DNA of 64,000 nt from a bacterium (lineage in GTDB: Bacteria > SAR324 > NAC60-12). The notes below the pieces were generated by a model. The model was not told the origin of the DNA and searched no databases. It saw only the letters and a list, made by a program, of their open reading frames with translations. The stretch's first letter is position 1. Each line of letters opens with the position of its first letter. The stretch spans positions 160,001 through 224,000 of the forward strand of contig OZ242383.1 of assembly GCA_965209155.1 (NCBI GenBank), given 5' to 3'. The translations under genes and the position numbers were made by a program. Positions 10,225 through 20,196 of this stretch are shown one piece after another.

Positions 10225-11189
10225 CCCACTTACGTGCCCTTTCCGGCATTAAACCTACAGGCGACCCCCATCTGGGTAATTACCTGGGGATGATCAAACC
10301 TGCTCTGAAGCTGCAAGAAAATTACGAAACCTTCTATTTCATTGCAGATTATCACGCCTTGACCACCGTGCAAAACCCCCAGGAACTGAAAGCGCATTGC
10401 TACGAGTTGGTAGCGACATTTTACGCATTGGGAATGGATGTGGAAAACCATGCCTTTTTCAAGCAATCCGACGTTCCTGAAGTGACCGAGTTGACATGGA
10501 TTCTTTCCTGTATCACTTCCAAAGGATTGTTGGAACGTGCGCATGCCTTCAAAGATGCTATCGCTAAAAACCAGGAAGTCAATCATGGATTATTCAGTTA
10601 TCCCGTATTGATGGCTTCTGATATTTTAATCTATGATTCTCATTTTGTCCCAGTCGGTCAGGACCAGCGGCAACATCTCGAAATCACGCGGGACATTGCA
10701 ATCCGTTTCAATCACCTCTTCGGAGAGACCCTGGTGGTCCCCGAAGCCTTGATTGAAGAGCGAGTGGCCACGATTCCGGGTTTGGACGGACAGAAAATGA
10801 GCAAATCCTATAACAACACAATTCCCCTGTTTGCGCCTGAAAAGGAGCTTCGCAAGCTGATCATGAAAATTGTTACCGACTCCAAGACCGTTGAAGAAGT
10901 AAAAGATCCCGAAAGCGACAACGTTTTCGCCTTATATGTCTTTTTTGCCAATGCCGAGCAACAGCAAGCTCTGGCAGATCGCTATCGCGCAGGTTCCATG
11001 GGTTATGGAGAAGCCAAACAAATCTGTTTTGAAATTATCAATGAGCAAATCAAAGAATACCGGGAATATTATTACGAAATTCGTGAAAATTTCCAAAAAC
11101 TGGATGGGATCCTGGAAACTGGTCGGGACCGGGCCCGGCCGGTTGCACGTCAAGTTCTCCACCGGGTACGCAATCGCGTTGGCCTGTAA
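10221..11189 (+). CDS. trpS: Tryptophan--tRNA ligase
   Basis: [35 protein letters not shown] overlap with rpmA. Confidence 0.96.
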   Translation: MTHLRALSGIKPTGDPHLGNYLGMIKPALKLQENYETFYFIADYHALTTVQNPQELKAHCYELVATFYALGMDVENHAFFKQSDVPEVTELTWILSCITSKGLLERAHAFKDAIAKNQEVNHGLFSYPVLMASDILIYDSHFVPVGQDQRQHLEITRDIAIRFNHLFGETLVVPEALIEERVATIPGLDGQKMSKSYNNTIPLFAPEKELRKLIMKIVTDSKTVEEVKDPESDNVFALYVFFANAEQQQALADRYRAGSMGYGEAKQICFEIINEQIKEYREYYYEIRENFQKLDGILETGRDRARPVARQVLHRVRNRVGL

Positions 11190-11221
11190 TTCTTTTAATT
11201 CTCCACAACCATTCTCCCCTG

Positions 11222-12658
11222 ATGTCTTCTGATAAGGTCCCCATCCCAGATGTCCTGGCCTGGCGTTACGCCAGTGCGGCTATGTGTGAGATATGGTCAG
11301 CATCCGGTAGAGTTTTGTTGGAGCGGGAATTTTGGATTGCCGTGATGAAAGCCCAGCAGGAATTGGGAATCACTATTCCCACCCAGGCCATTGTGGCTTA
11401 TGAGCAGGTCAAAAGTCAGATTGATCTGAAGCGCATTGAAAAGCGTGAACGGCGTCTACGCCATGACGTGAAAGCCCGTATAGAAGAATTTTGTCAGTTG
11501 GCAGGATACGAACACATCCACAAAGGCATGACAAGCCGGGACTTAACCGATAATGTGGAGCAACTGCAAATTGTCAGATCCCTGCGACTGATTCGCCTTA
11601 AATATGTCGCTGTTCTGCAGGCGCTTGCTCGTTGGGCGGAACGCTATCAAAGTTTGACGCTGGTAGCAAGGACCCACTTCGTTCCGGCCCAACCCACCAC
11701 CCTTGGCAAACGGATAGCTATGTTCGGACAAGAAATGCTGCTGGCATTTGCCAACCTGGAAACCCTGATGGATTCTTATCCCATGCGAGGATTACAAGGC
11801 GCTGTTGGTACTCAACTGGACCTGTGGATTTTGCTGGAAAATAACCCGGCATCCTTGCCGGATCTCGAGGAAAAAATTCGTCAGCATTTGGGATTTTCCC
11901 AAGTTTTGAACGCGGTGGGACAAGTCTATCCACGAAGTCTGGATTTTGAAGTGGTAAGCACGCTTTACCATCTGAGTTCGGGGATAGCAAACCTGGCTAA
12001 AACCCTCCGCTTGATGGCAGGACTGGAATTAGTGAGCGAAGGATTTCAGGAAGGGCAAGTGGGTTCTTCTGCCATGCCGCACAAAATGAATATGCGCAAT
12101 TGTGAACGTATCAATGGATTCCATCAAATTCTCAATGGCTACCTGAACATGTTGATGGGGCTTAGTGGAGATCAATGGAACGAAGGGGATATTTCGGATT
12201 CGGTTACACGGCGGGTAGCCCTCCCCGGTTCCATGTATGCCATGGACGGGCAACTGGAAACGATACTCACTATTCTTGATGAAATGAGGTTTTTTGAATC
12301 CTTCATTGATGAGGAAGTAGCACGGTATATTCCTTTTTTAGCCACCACTACTTTACTGATGGAAGCCACTCGACGGGGATGTGGTCGCGAAGAAGCCCAC
12401 CATGCCATTAAAACACATTCCCTTGCCGTAGTGGAATCGATGAGGACCTCTCGTACAGTTTCAAATGACCTGGCAGAGCGCCTTGCTGCCGACTCCCGCA
12501 TTCCTCTTTCTGCAGGAGAAATAAATGAGATTCTACGAGACCCCTCACGTTTCGTTGCCTCTTCAGAAAGTCAAGTACTACGATTTGTCCAAGACGTCCA
12601 CAAACTGACAGGGCGTTATCCGGAAGCGTCTGAATACAAACCAGCCCCTTTGCTTTAG
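11222..12658 (+). CDS. purB: Adenylosuccinate lyase
   Basis: HKGMTSRD, RTH..AQPTT, GSSAMPHKMN. Confidence 0.95.
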   Translation: MSSDKVPIPDVLAWRYASAAMCEIWSASGRVLLEREFWIAVMKAQQELGITIPTQAIVAYEQVKSQIDLKRIEKRERRLRHDVKARIEEFCQLAGYEHIHKGMTSRDLTDNVEQLQIVRSLRLIRLKYVAVLQALARWAERYQSLTLVARTHFVPAQPTTLGKRIAMFGQEMLLAFANLETLMDSYPMRGLQGAVGTQLDLWILLENNPASLPDLEEKIRQHLGFSQVLNAVGQVYPRSLDFEVVSTLYHLSSGIANLAKTLRLMAGLELVSEGFQEGQVGSSAMPHKMNMRNCERINGFHQILNGYLNMLMGLSGDQWNEGDISDSVTRRVALPGSMYAMDGQLETILTILDEMRFFESFIDEEVARYIPFLATTTLLMEATRRGCGREEAHHAIKTHSLAVVESMRTSRTVSNDLAERLAADSRIPLSAGEINEILRDPSRFVASSESQVLRFVQDVHKLTGRYPEASEYKPAPLL

Positions 12659-12693
12659 TACGAAAAAGAAAAACAGGTGAACTGTTTTCGATT

Positions 12694-13398
12694 CTAAGCT
12701 TTTAATTGCGCTTTCAAAAAGGCAATTTGTGGGTTGCGTTTGTATTTGAACAAGTGTTCAAATTCGGTTTCAATATTTTCCGACTGGTAGTCACTCAGCT
12801 GCAGATCGGTAGTTTGTTGGAGGAACTGAAATTGAGGAAGGGCAGAAAGCAGGTTTCGCACCGTTTGAAAATATTCCTGATGGTCGGTTTTGAATAAAAA
12901 CTCTCCCCCCGGCCGTAGCAGTGAAACGATTTTTTCAAGAAATTCCGCATTCAATAACCGATGCTTGCGTTGCTTCTTTTTATACCAGGGATCCGGAAAG
13001 TTGATATGAATTTTGTCAATCGAATGCGGAGCGAAATATTCCGACAAATACTCACCCCGGTCTTTGAGCAGCAATACATTCGTACATTGGGCTTTCTTCA
13101 GTTTTTTTGCTGACAATACCAGTCGTTTATAACGCAATTCAAAGCCAACAAATTGATGACCGGGAAAACTGCAACTCAATTCGAGTAGATATCTTCCCGA
13201 TCCACAACCGATCTCCACGTGCACCACGGCAGTTGAGGGGCATCGGCGCATCCAGATTTCTTGAAATTGTTTGGGGGTGGGATGAGGCAGGATAATATCG
13301 GAATAGTTATATATCTGCCGTATGTAATCGTTGTTGCGGACCTTTCTTTGAAAGATTTCTTCCGGTAAATCCCGGTTGTCCGGGGGACGATAGCGCAT
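12694..13398 (-). CDS. trmB: tRNA (guanine-N7)-methyltransferase
   Basis: EIGCGSG, NFPDPWYKK, KTD, TEFE. Confidence 0.92.
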   Translation of the reverse strand: MRYRPPDNRDLPEEIFQRKVRNNDYIRQIYNYSDIILPHPTPKQFQEIWMRRCPSTAVVHVEIGCGSGRYLLELSCSFPGHQFVGFELRYKRLVLSAKKLKKAQCTNVLLLKDRGEYLSEYFAPHSIDKIHINFPDPWYKKKQRKHRLLNAEFLEKIVSLLRPGGEFLFKTDHQEYFQTVRNLLSALPQFQFLQQTTDLQLSDYQSENIETEFEHLFKYKRNPQIAFLKAQLKA

Positions 13399-13422
13399 CC
13401 GGAACTCCTCAACCAAAGCAGA

Positions 13423-16206
13423 TTAATGAGCCTCCAACCAGTCGTTTCCAACGCCAATTTCCGCGACCAATGGAACCTCGAGAATCAAGACGTTCTCCAT
13501 CTCTTCCTTGATTAACCGACTCAGGACTTCCTCTTCCTCCTGCAAGGCATCAAAGACCAATTCATCATGCACGCTCAGAATCATTTTGGATTGTAACCGT
13601 TCCCTCCGAAGTCGACGGTCGATATTGACCATTGCCATTTTGATGATTTCGGCAGCGCTTCCTTGAATCGGGGTATTGATGGCGGCTCCTTCCGCAATTC
13701 GTTTTGCCAGGCCATTGCCATTGATTTCGGGAAGATAGCGTCTTCTTCCCATCAAGGTACAAGCATAGCCTTCCTTTCGCGCGCGCTCCAAAAAAATTTC
13801 CTGCAACGCATGGATAGTGGCATACTTTTGAAAATACTTTTCAATGAATTCTTTGGCTTCTTTTTTAGAGGATTGCGTCACAATGGCCAGGCGATCGGCC
13901 CCCATACGGTAAATTAAACCGAAGTTCACTTCCTTTGCTTTGGCGCGAATTTCCCGCTTCACTGCCTCCACGGGCACATCGTAAATGGTTGAAGCCGTCA
14001 ATGCGTGGATATCCAGGTTATTGCGGTAGGCTTCCAGGAAAGTGGGGTCCTTGGAATAATGCGCCACTACGCGCAATTCGATTTGACTGTAATCTGCTGA
14101 TACCAGCACGTGACCGGGGCTGGAAGGGATAAACAATTTGCGAATCCTCCTTCCTTCCGGCGTGCGGACCGGGATATTTTGCAAGTTGGGGTTGTCGGAA
14201 GCCAGCCGGCCAGTGGCGGCAACGGCTTGTCGGAAATTGGAATGAATACGCAAATTGGAAGGATTGACGAAAGAAGGGAGTTGGTCGATGTAAGTATTCT
14301 TCAATTTATTGAGCTCGCGATACTGCAGAATGGACCAGGGGAGAGGAGACTTATTCATTTTTTCCAGGGTCTCTTCTCCGGTCGACATCCCGTTTCCCAA
14401 TTTGATCTTTTTTGGTCGAATATTGTATACTTTGTGGAGTGCCAGTTTTTCATAAAGGATGTTTTGAAGTTCAACTACCGAGTTGATGTTGAAGCGTTCC
14501 CCTGCCATCTGGTAGATCTTCTCGCTCAACTCCTCCAATCTTTTACTGTAATCCTTTGAGATTTCCATTACATGGTCCTGATCAAAACGTACCCCTGTCA
14601 ATTCCATCCAAGCCAGTACGAATAGCAGGGGGAGCTCAATTTTCTGAAAAGGCAGAAGCATTTGGGTCTGTGTCAATTGTTTCTGGAGAAAGGCTTGGAG
14701 CATTAAAATAATTTCCGTATTCTCACAAAGAAAATTCTGAAGCTGTTCGTCTTCTACCTGAGGAGATTCAACGATTTTCATGGCAAGCTGTTGCGTTTGA
14801 GCAGATCCTTCCAAGCCATAACGGCGGGATTGCTTCAATTTGGTCACTACCAGATTTTCCAGGCTGTAATCCCGTTCAGCTTCTACCATATGGGCAGCAA
14901 TCATGGTATCAAAAATGTTTTCCTGGACCCGAATTCCCCGTAGTGCCAGGAATTGAATCGTCGGCTTCAAATCATGCCCCACCAGCAGTAGCGTTGGGTT
15001 TTCAAAAAGTGGTTTGAGAGTAGTAAGGATCCCCGGTTGGTGCACCTCCTCAGGGAGATCAGAGTTATCGGATTGAAAGGCGACAGCAGGAAAGTGAAGA
15101 TAATAAGCGATTCCAGCGTTGGTATAAAAGGCCATTGCCAGAATTTTGTCCGTGATCGCATTTTTCCCGCTTGTTATCAGGTCAAATGCTACAATTCGGG
15201 CTTTTTCCAATTCCGTAACCATTTTTTGCACGGCAGACGGTGTATCCACCCGCTCATGACGTGCAGCAGCGAATTGCTGTACACTCATTTCGGATTCCCG
15301 GGGGACTGACTGTGATGGACTACCGTATCCAGCAAACACGCTTCCTTCTTGCGTGAAACGTTTCAAAAACGTTTTGAATTCCAATTCTTCCAGAATGGTA
15401 TGAAAACCCGTACTTTCATAGAGTATCGATTGGTTGAATGTCAGAGAATCGAATTCAATTTCCAGGGGAACATGGCAATCGATGGTGACCAGTTTTCTGG
15501 ACAAAAAAGCATCCTCTTTGCCTGCAATTAATTTTTCTTTCAATTTGTTCCCTGGTATCAGGTCGAGGTTTTCATAGAGATTGTCAATGCTGCCAAAATG
15601 TTGAATCAGCTTCACCGCTGTTTTCTCACCCACTCCTTTCACACCTGGAATATTGTCGGAAGTATCTCCCATCAATCCCAAGACTTCTATCACTTGGTGG
15701 GGTGCGCATCCGAATCGTTTGTCGACTTTTTCAACATTCACGATCTCATTTTTTTGATTGAGCATTACAGTTTGCTCTGTGATCAATTGCATATAATCTT
15801 TGTCCCCGGTTACCATCACACCTTCGATGTCTTTTTCCAGACAAAGTCGCATCAGCGTGCCGATGATGTCGTCCGCTTCGTATCCGGACATTGAAAGATA
15901 GGGAAGATCAAGGGAATTGATGAGACGCGAAAGATAAGGCAGTTGTTCCACCAAGTCATCCGGCATTTTTTCGCGTGTCGCCTTGTAGGCAGTGAATTGC
16001 TGATGACGGAAAGTCGGGTCCGGTAAATCTGTCGCGACTGCCAGATAATCCAATGGCCCGGTTTCAACGATTTTGACAATTTGAGTGAGAAAGCCAAAAA
16101 GACCGCTTGTATTGATTCCCTTGGAGTTGATCAAAGGATTGCGAATCATGGCAAAATAACTACGATATAGAATTGCCATTGAGTCGATAGCAAATAATTT
16201 AGCCAT
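13423..16206 (-). CDS. polA: DNA polymerase I
   Basis: 5'-3' exonuclease (YEADDIIG, GDTSDNIPGV), ADYSQIELR, VHDELV. Confidence 0.97.
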   Translation of the reverse strand: MAKLFAIDSMAILYRSYFAMIRNPLINSKGINTSGLFGFLTQIVKIVETGPLDYLAVATDLPDPTFRHQQFTAYKATREKMPDDLVEQLPYLSRLINSLDLPYLSMSGYEADDIIGTLMRLCLEKDIEGVMVTGDKDYMQLITEQTVMLNQKNEIVNVEKVDKRFGCAPHQVIEVLGLMGDTSDNIPGVKGVGEKTAVKLIQHFGSIDNLYENLDLIPGNKLKEKLIAGKEDAFLSRKLVTIDCHVPLEIEFDSLTFNQSILYESTGFHTILEELEFKTFLKRFTQEGSVFAGYGSPSQSVPRESEMSVQQFAAARHERVDTPSAVQKMVTELEKARIVAFDLITSGKNAITDKILAMAFYTNAGIAYYLHFPAVAFQSDNSDLPEEVHQPGILTTLKPLFENPTLLLVGHDLKPTIQFLALRGIRVQENIFDTMIAAHMVEAERDYSLENLVVTKLKQSRRYGLEGSAQTQQLAMKIVESPQVEDEQLQNFLCENTEIILMLQAFLQKQLTQTQMLLPFQKIELPLLFVLAWMELTGVRFDQDHVMEISKDYSKRLEELSEKIYQMAGERFNINSVVELQNILYEKLALHKVYNIRPKKIKLGNGMSTGEETLEKMNKSPLPWSILQYRELNKLKNTYIDQLPSFVNPSNLRIHSNFRQAVAATGRLASDNPNLQNIPVRTPEGRRIRKLFIPSSPGHVLVSADYSQIELRVVAHYSKDPTFLEAYRNNLDIHALTASTIYDVPVEAVKREIRAKAKEVNFGLIYRMGADRLAIVTQSSKKEAKEFIEKYFQKYATIHALQEIFLERARKEGYACTLMGRRRYLPEINGNGLAKRIAEGAAINTPIQGSAAEIIKMAMVNIDRRLRRERLQSKMILSVHDELVFDALQEEEEVLSRLIKEEMENVLILEVPLVAEIGVGNDWLEAH

Positions 16207-16261
16207 GATGGTGCACCTCCGTTTACTTTGCTGTATATTCCTGGTCGGAATTGAAAAAATA

Positions 16262-16420
16262 GTGTTGAGCCGTTTAGTGAACTTGTTGGACGTGGGCTAC
16301 GATTTTCTGTAAGACCTTCGAGGTGGCAGCCTGCTCAGGGGGACCGCCTGTTCCTTGAATTGGATACGCATGGCATTCAGTGTACGACCCCGCGGCACCA
16401 TATGCCGTCGCTGCGAGACA
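16262..16420 (+). ncRNA. Candidate structured RNA of unassigned family
   Basis: GC-richer patch in AT-rich spacer with several stems containing G-U pairs on the plus strand. Confidence 0.3.
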
Positions 16421-16685
16421 GGTTTGAAGCGCAATGGAACCTCTTTTCATCCAGAACGATTCACCGCATCAATTCTTACGCAGTCAAATAGTGTTATTCA
16501 CAGGGTACAACATGTTGGCGGAAAAATGAAATTTCTCTGAATTGAAAAAAAATGGCTTGGATTCGACTGCTGATGCGTGGGACTTTATTCTCTTTTACGC
16601 AGTTGGTAAAGCGGGATATCGAACAAATTGGAATCAAGGAGCTTTGCACGAGCTATTAAAGTAATAATCCTACTTTGCAAATAGG

Positions 16686-17252
16686 AAGTCATCACCACCG
16701 GCAGAGCCGGTGGCTTGAAGAGGCCCCCAGATGGGGGCAAAACGTGTTCGTCATCGTAAGACGTGCTCGTGCTCGTGAACGAAAAAGGCTGCCATGTTAG
16801 ATCATGAAAAACTCGATGTATACCAATGTTCCATCGAATTTTTAGCGTTATCTGTCCAAGTCATCGAAACATTGCCAAAAGGATACTCAGCCTTAGTTGA
16901 CCAACTGAAAAGGGCCTCATGGTCGATTCCTCTCAATATCGCAGAATGCTGTGGAAAAAATTCCCTTCCTGACAAGCAACGATTCTATGCGTTTACCCGA
17001 GGTTCCGCAATGGAATGCGCTGCTATTCTCGATGTTTTAAACGTGTTGAAGATCATCCAGCCACCTATATTTGACGAAGGAAAACAGTTACTTCATCGCA
17101 TTGTTTCTATGTTAACCAAAATGTGCCGTCGAATTCACTGACCGTTCACGAGCACGAGCACGGCTAACGGACACGGATACGTTTCTCATGTCTGACCGGC
17201 AAAGCCTATTAGGTTCGCACCAGCAGAGCTGGTGGTTTAATGAGATTAATTA
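16686..17252 (+). mobile_element. Copy 4 of the four-helix-bundle element
   Basis: AAGTCATCACCACCGGCAGAGCCGGTGG ... CACCAGCAGAGCTGGTGGTTTAATGAGATTAATTA. Confidence 0.92.
16794..17141 (+). CDS. Four-helix-bundle protein (NIAEG changed to NIAEC)
   Basis: 115 aa, four amino-acid differences from the 8794 copy. Confidence 0.88.
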   Translation: MLDHEKLDVYQCSIEFLALSVQVIETLPKGYSALVDQLKRASWSIPLNIAECCGKNSLPDKQRFYAFTRGSAMECAAILDVLNVLKIIQPPIFDEGKQLLHRIVSMLTKMCRRIH

Positions 17253-17434
17253 AGCCTGTTCATGCTTTAAATCTGGTGCGAAATCATACGAATTGCCCAT
17301 CATGCCCTTTTGATCATTTATCCTGTATCCTGTTGACATTTAAAAAAAATTATCATATTTTCAATGAATGAAAGATCACTGAACAACGCGATTTATCAGT
17401 TGCCCAATAAAAACCCTGTTTGAGCGATGGGAAA

Positions 17435-18592
17435 ATGAAACTCAACAACGAAGAAATCAATCGATATAGCCGACACTTGACTTTGCCTGAAGTGGGGATG
17501 GAGGGACAACTCAAGTTTAAAGCTGCCAGAATTCTTCTCATTGGCGCCGGAGGATTAGGCTCTCCCTCAGGCATGTATCTGGCAGCGGCTGGTATTGGAA
17601 AACTGGGAATCGTCGATTTCGACGTGGTCGATAGTTCCAACCTCCAGCGACAAATCGCTCATGGCGTTGCAGATGTCGGTAGCTCCAAAGTGGAGTCCAT
17701 CAAAGCCACTATCCTGGCAGGAAATCCAGGAATTGAGGTTGAAATCTATGATACTCGCCTTTCTCGTGAAAACGTGATGGAGATTTTTACGGAGTATGAC
17801 CTCGTCGTTGACGGATCCGATAATTTTGAAACACGCTATTTGGTCAATGATGCGGCTTTTTTTGCAAAGAAACCGCTCGTTTATGGATCCATTTTCAAGT
17901 TTCAAGGACAAATTACCGTTTTCGACTCACACCAGGGAGGTCCTTGTTATCGATGCCTGTACTCGAGTCCTCCACCCGCTGCTTTAGTTCCCAGTTGAGC
18001 GGAAGCAGGAGTCCTGGGCGTGCTCCCGGGAACCGTTGGTTTGATTCAGGCGACAGAAGCTCTGAAATTAGTTTTGGATATGGGAAATTCCTTGACAGGT
18101 CGGTTGCTTCTCTTTGATTCTTTGAAAATGACCTTTAAAGAAGTCAAGATTTACAAAGATCCCTTGTGTGAGTTGTGCGGTGAGCACCCCACAATTACCG
18201 AATTGATTGATTATGTCGCTTTTTGCGACATACCTATGCCGACCAGCAGCATTCAAGAAGATTTTGATGAAGAAAATTTTGTTATCGAGGCCCCGGAACT
18301 CGAGGAAGTTTTGGATTCTGGAAAAGAGATTGTGCTAGTGGACGTGCGTGATCAAAATGAATGGGATATTTGTCATATTGAAGGAGCTAAACTGATGCCG
18401 GTAGAGGAGTTTGACAAATACATTCCACAGCTACACCAAGATGATGAAATATATTTATACTGCTACAAGGGCACTCGCTCCATGAAAGCATTGAAGCAAC
18501 TCCACGCGGAAGGATTCAAAAAAATTAAAAGCCTGACAGGGGGAATCGACCGATGGGCCGAGTTGGTGGATCCCAGTATGCCCCGGTATTGA
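17435..18592 (+). CDS. moeB: MoeB/ThiF adenylyltransferase-rhodanese fusion, probable selenoprotein (TGA at 17996)
   Basis: RYSRH, GAGGLG, SNLQRQ, CYRC, VPS*AEAGVLG in frame across TGA, C-terminal rhodanese YCYKGTRS. Confidence 0.9.
18012..18031 (+). promoter_or_regulatory. Putative bacterial SECIS hairpin
   Basis: TCCTGGG-CGTGCT-CCCGGGA; loop 20 nt after UGA with G at loop position 2. Confidence 0.6.
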
Positions 18593-18653
18593 AAGATAGA
18601 ACCTCCGGAGGAACAGGAGCAATATGACAAGATCTTCAAGCAGGAAATTCCGA

Positions 18654-19037
18654 TCATCGGCAGAGGGCAATTGCCTCAATTTCCACATTCACATCCCTGG
18701 GTAGACGACCTGCTTGAATGCAAGTTCTAGCAGGTTCAGCTTCTTTGAAATATTCGCTGTAAATGGCATTGAATTCTTCAAAATCTTCCATATTTTTCAG
18801 GAAAACGGTCACTTTGACTACGTCACTCAAGGAGGAGCCTCCTGCTTCCAGGATACCTTTGATATTTGTCAGAACCAAATGGCATTGTTCGCTGAATGTC
18901 CCTGTTTGCAATTCATTTGTTTCCGGGACAATGGGCACCTGTCCGGCCAGAAACAGGAAACCATTGGCTTTGACTCCTTGGGAATAGGGTCCGGCCGGTT
19001 TCGGGGCATTGCTGGTATTGACAATTTCCTTTTCCAT
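18654..19037 (-). CDS. ridA: RidA/YjgF family enamine deaminase
   Basis: GPYSQ, AGQVP, VVKVTVFL, PART, VEIE. Confidence 0.92.
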   Translation of the reverse strand: MEKEIVNTSNAPKPAGPYSQGVKANGFLFLAGQVPIVPETNELQTGTFSEQCHLVLTNIKGILEAGGSSLSDVVKVTVFLKNMEDFEEFNAIYSEYFKEAEPARTCIQAGRLPRDVNVEIEAIALCR

Positions 19038-19160
19038 ACTTTCTCCATATTATGAATTTTTAAATTTACTTTATACCTGTGGCAGGAACATTGCTAAACA
19101 ATAACTTGAATGATTCCAATAAAATTCTATTTTTTGTGCATTTTATTTTCCCGTTATTGA

Positions 19161-19180
19161 AATTGATTTGCAAATCAATT
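19161..19180. promoter_or_regulatory. Perfect 20 bp palindrome between divergent ridA and hpt
   Basis: AATTGATTTG CAAATCAATT. Confidence 0.45.
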
Positions 19181-19239
19181 CATATGCGCATGCGCATCAG
19201 ACAGCTTTGAATGCTTAATCGATCTGAAAGAAAATAGCG

Positions 19240-19770
19240 ATGTCTTTTGCAATTCCATCTCCTTTTATATCTGCAAAACAAATCCATTTACGCATTGAGG
19301 AACTGGCGCAAGAAATTTCCCATGACTATGCGCACACAGAATTGCACCTGGTCGGAGTCTTGAAAGGGGCATTCATTTTTTTAGCCGATTTGACCCGCGC
19401 TTTGAATATTCCATCCTTCATTTACTTCATGCGCGCTTCAAGCTATGAAAATCGAAAAGGTAGCTCAGGGATCGTCAAAATTCAGCATAATCTCAACATG
19501 GTCGACAAACATGTTCTGGTCATTGAAGACATCCTTGATACTGGATTGACGCTCCGTTCCATTCTGCAAGAACTGGAAAATCAAGGGCCCGCTTCATTGA
19601 AGGTGTGCGCTTTGCTTGATAAGCCGGAGAGACGAGAGACAGCCATTGAAGGAGATTATATTGGTTTCAGTATTCCAAATGAATTCGTGGTAGGTTATGG
19701 ACTGGATTTTAATGAGTCCTATCGCAACTTGCCCTATATTGCCAAAGTGGATAATTTCGCTCGTTTTTGA
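19240..19770 (+). CDS. hpt: Hypoxanthine phosphoribosyltransferase
   Basis: VLKGA, IEDILDTGLT, FVVGYGLD, YRNLP. Confidence 0.95.
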   Translation: MSFAIPSPFISAKQIHLRIEELAQEISHDYAHTELHLVGVLKGAFIFLADLTRALNIPSFIYFMRASSYENRKGSSGIVKIQHNLNMVDKHVLVIEDILDTGLTLRSILQELENQGPASLKVCALLDKPERRETAIEGDYIGFSIPNEFVVGYGLDFNESYRNLPYIAKVDNFARF

Positions 19771-20196
19771 GAGTTCGCGGAAAATCAATTCAGTATCGCA
19801 AAAATTTTTTCGTTGTTTGATTGATCTTCATATGATTAAAACTGTCTCTTCTTGATTGTGGTCCAATTGTATTCAGACTGAATACAGTCAAAGAAATCCT
19901 TGTACGGCAACTTCTTTCATTTATTTATTCCTTAATTCAATGCCTGAATTGATTTGGACTTGACCTCCGGATTTTTGTAGGGTAGAAAATGTTTCCAGCA
20001 ATGCGCATCATCTCTTAAATGCATGTAATCCAGGTTACCAAGTTGAACAACATGTATAGCAAAAAAATTGTTAAAGCAAGTGCTTGCATAAAAAGCAGGC
20101 AATGACTTTTCCGTTTTTGCCATCAATCAGGTTGCGCCGGTCTGGAGGAATTATTACGCTTCAATCCATTATTTTGATAAACGAGGAGCCAGATCC

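Noticed and set aside
16309..16331. SRP RNA helix 8
   Set aside because: Resemblance is superficial; the GNRA loop and CAGG/AGCAG pattern do not match
16686..17252. 23S rRNA with an intervening sequence
   Set aside because: No rRNA sequence flanks any four-helix-bundle copy
17996..17998. moeB as a nonsense pseudogene or two separate genes
   Set aside because: TGA falls exactly on the conserved Cys, with in-frame continuation and a SECIS-like hairpin
19163..19178. FNR box
   Set aside because: Half-sites TTGAT and ATCAA are 6 nt apart, not 4
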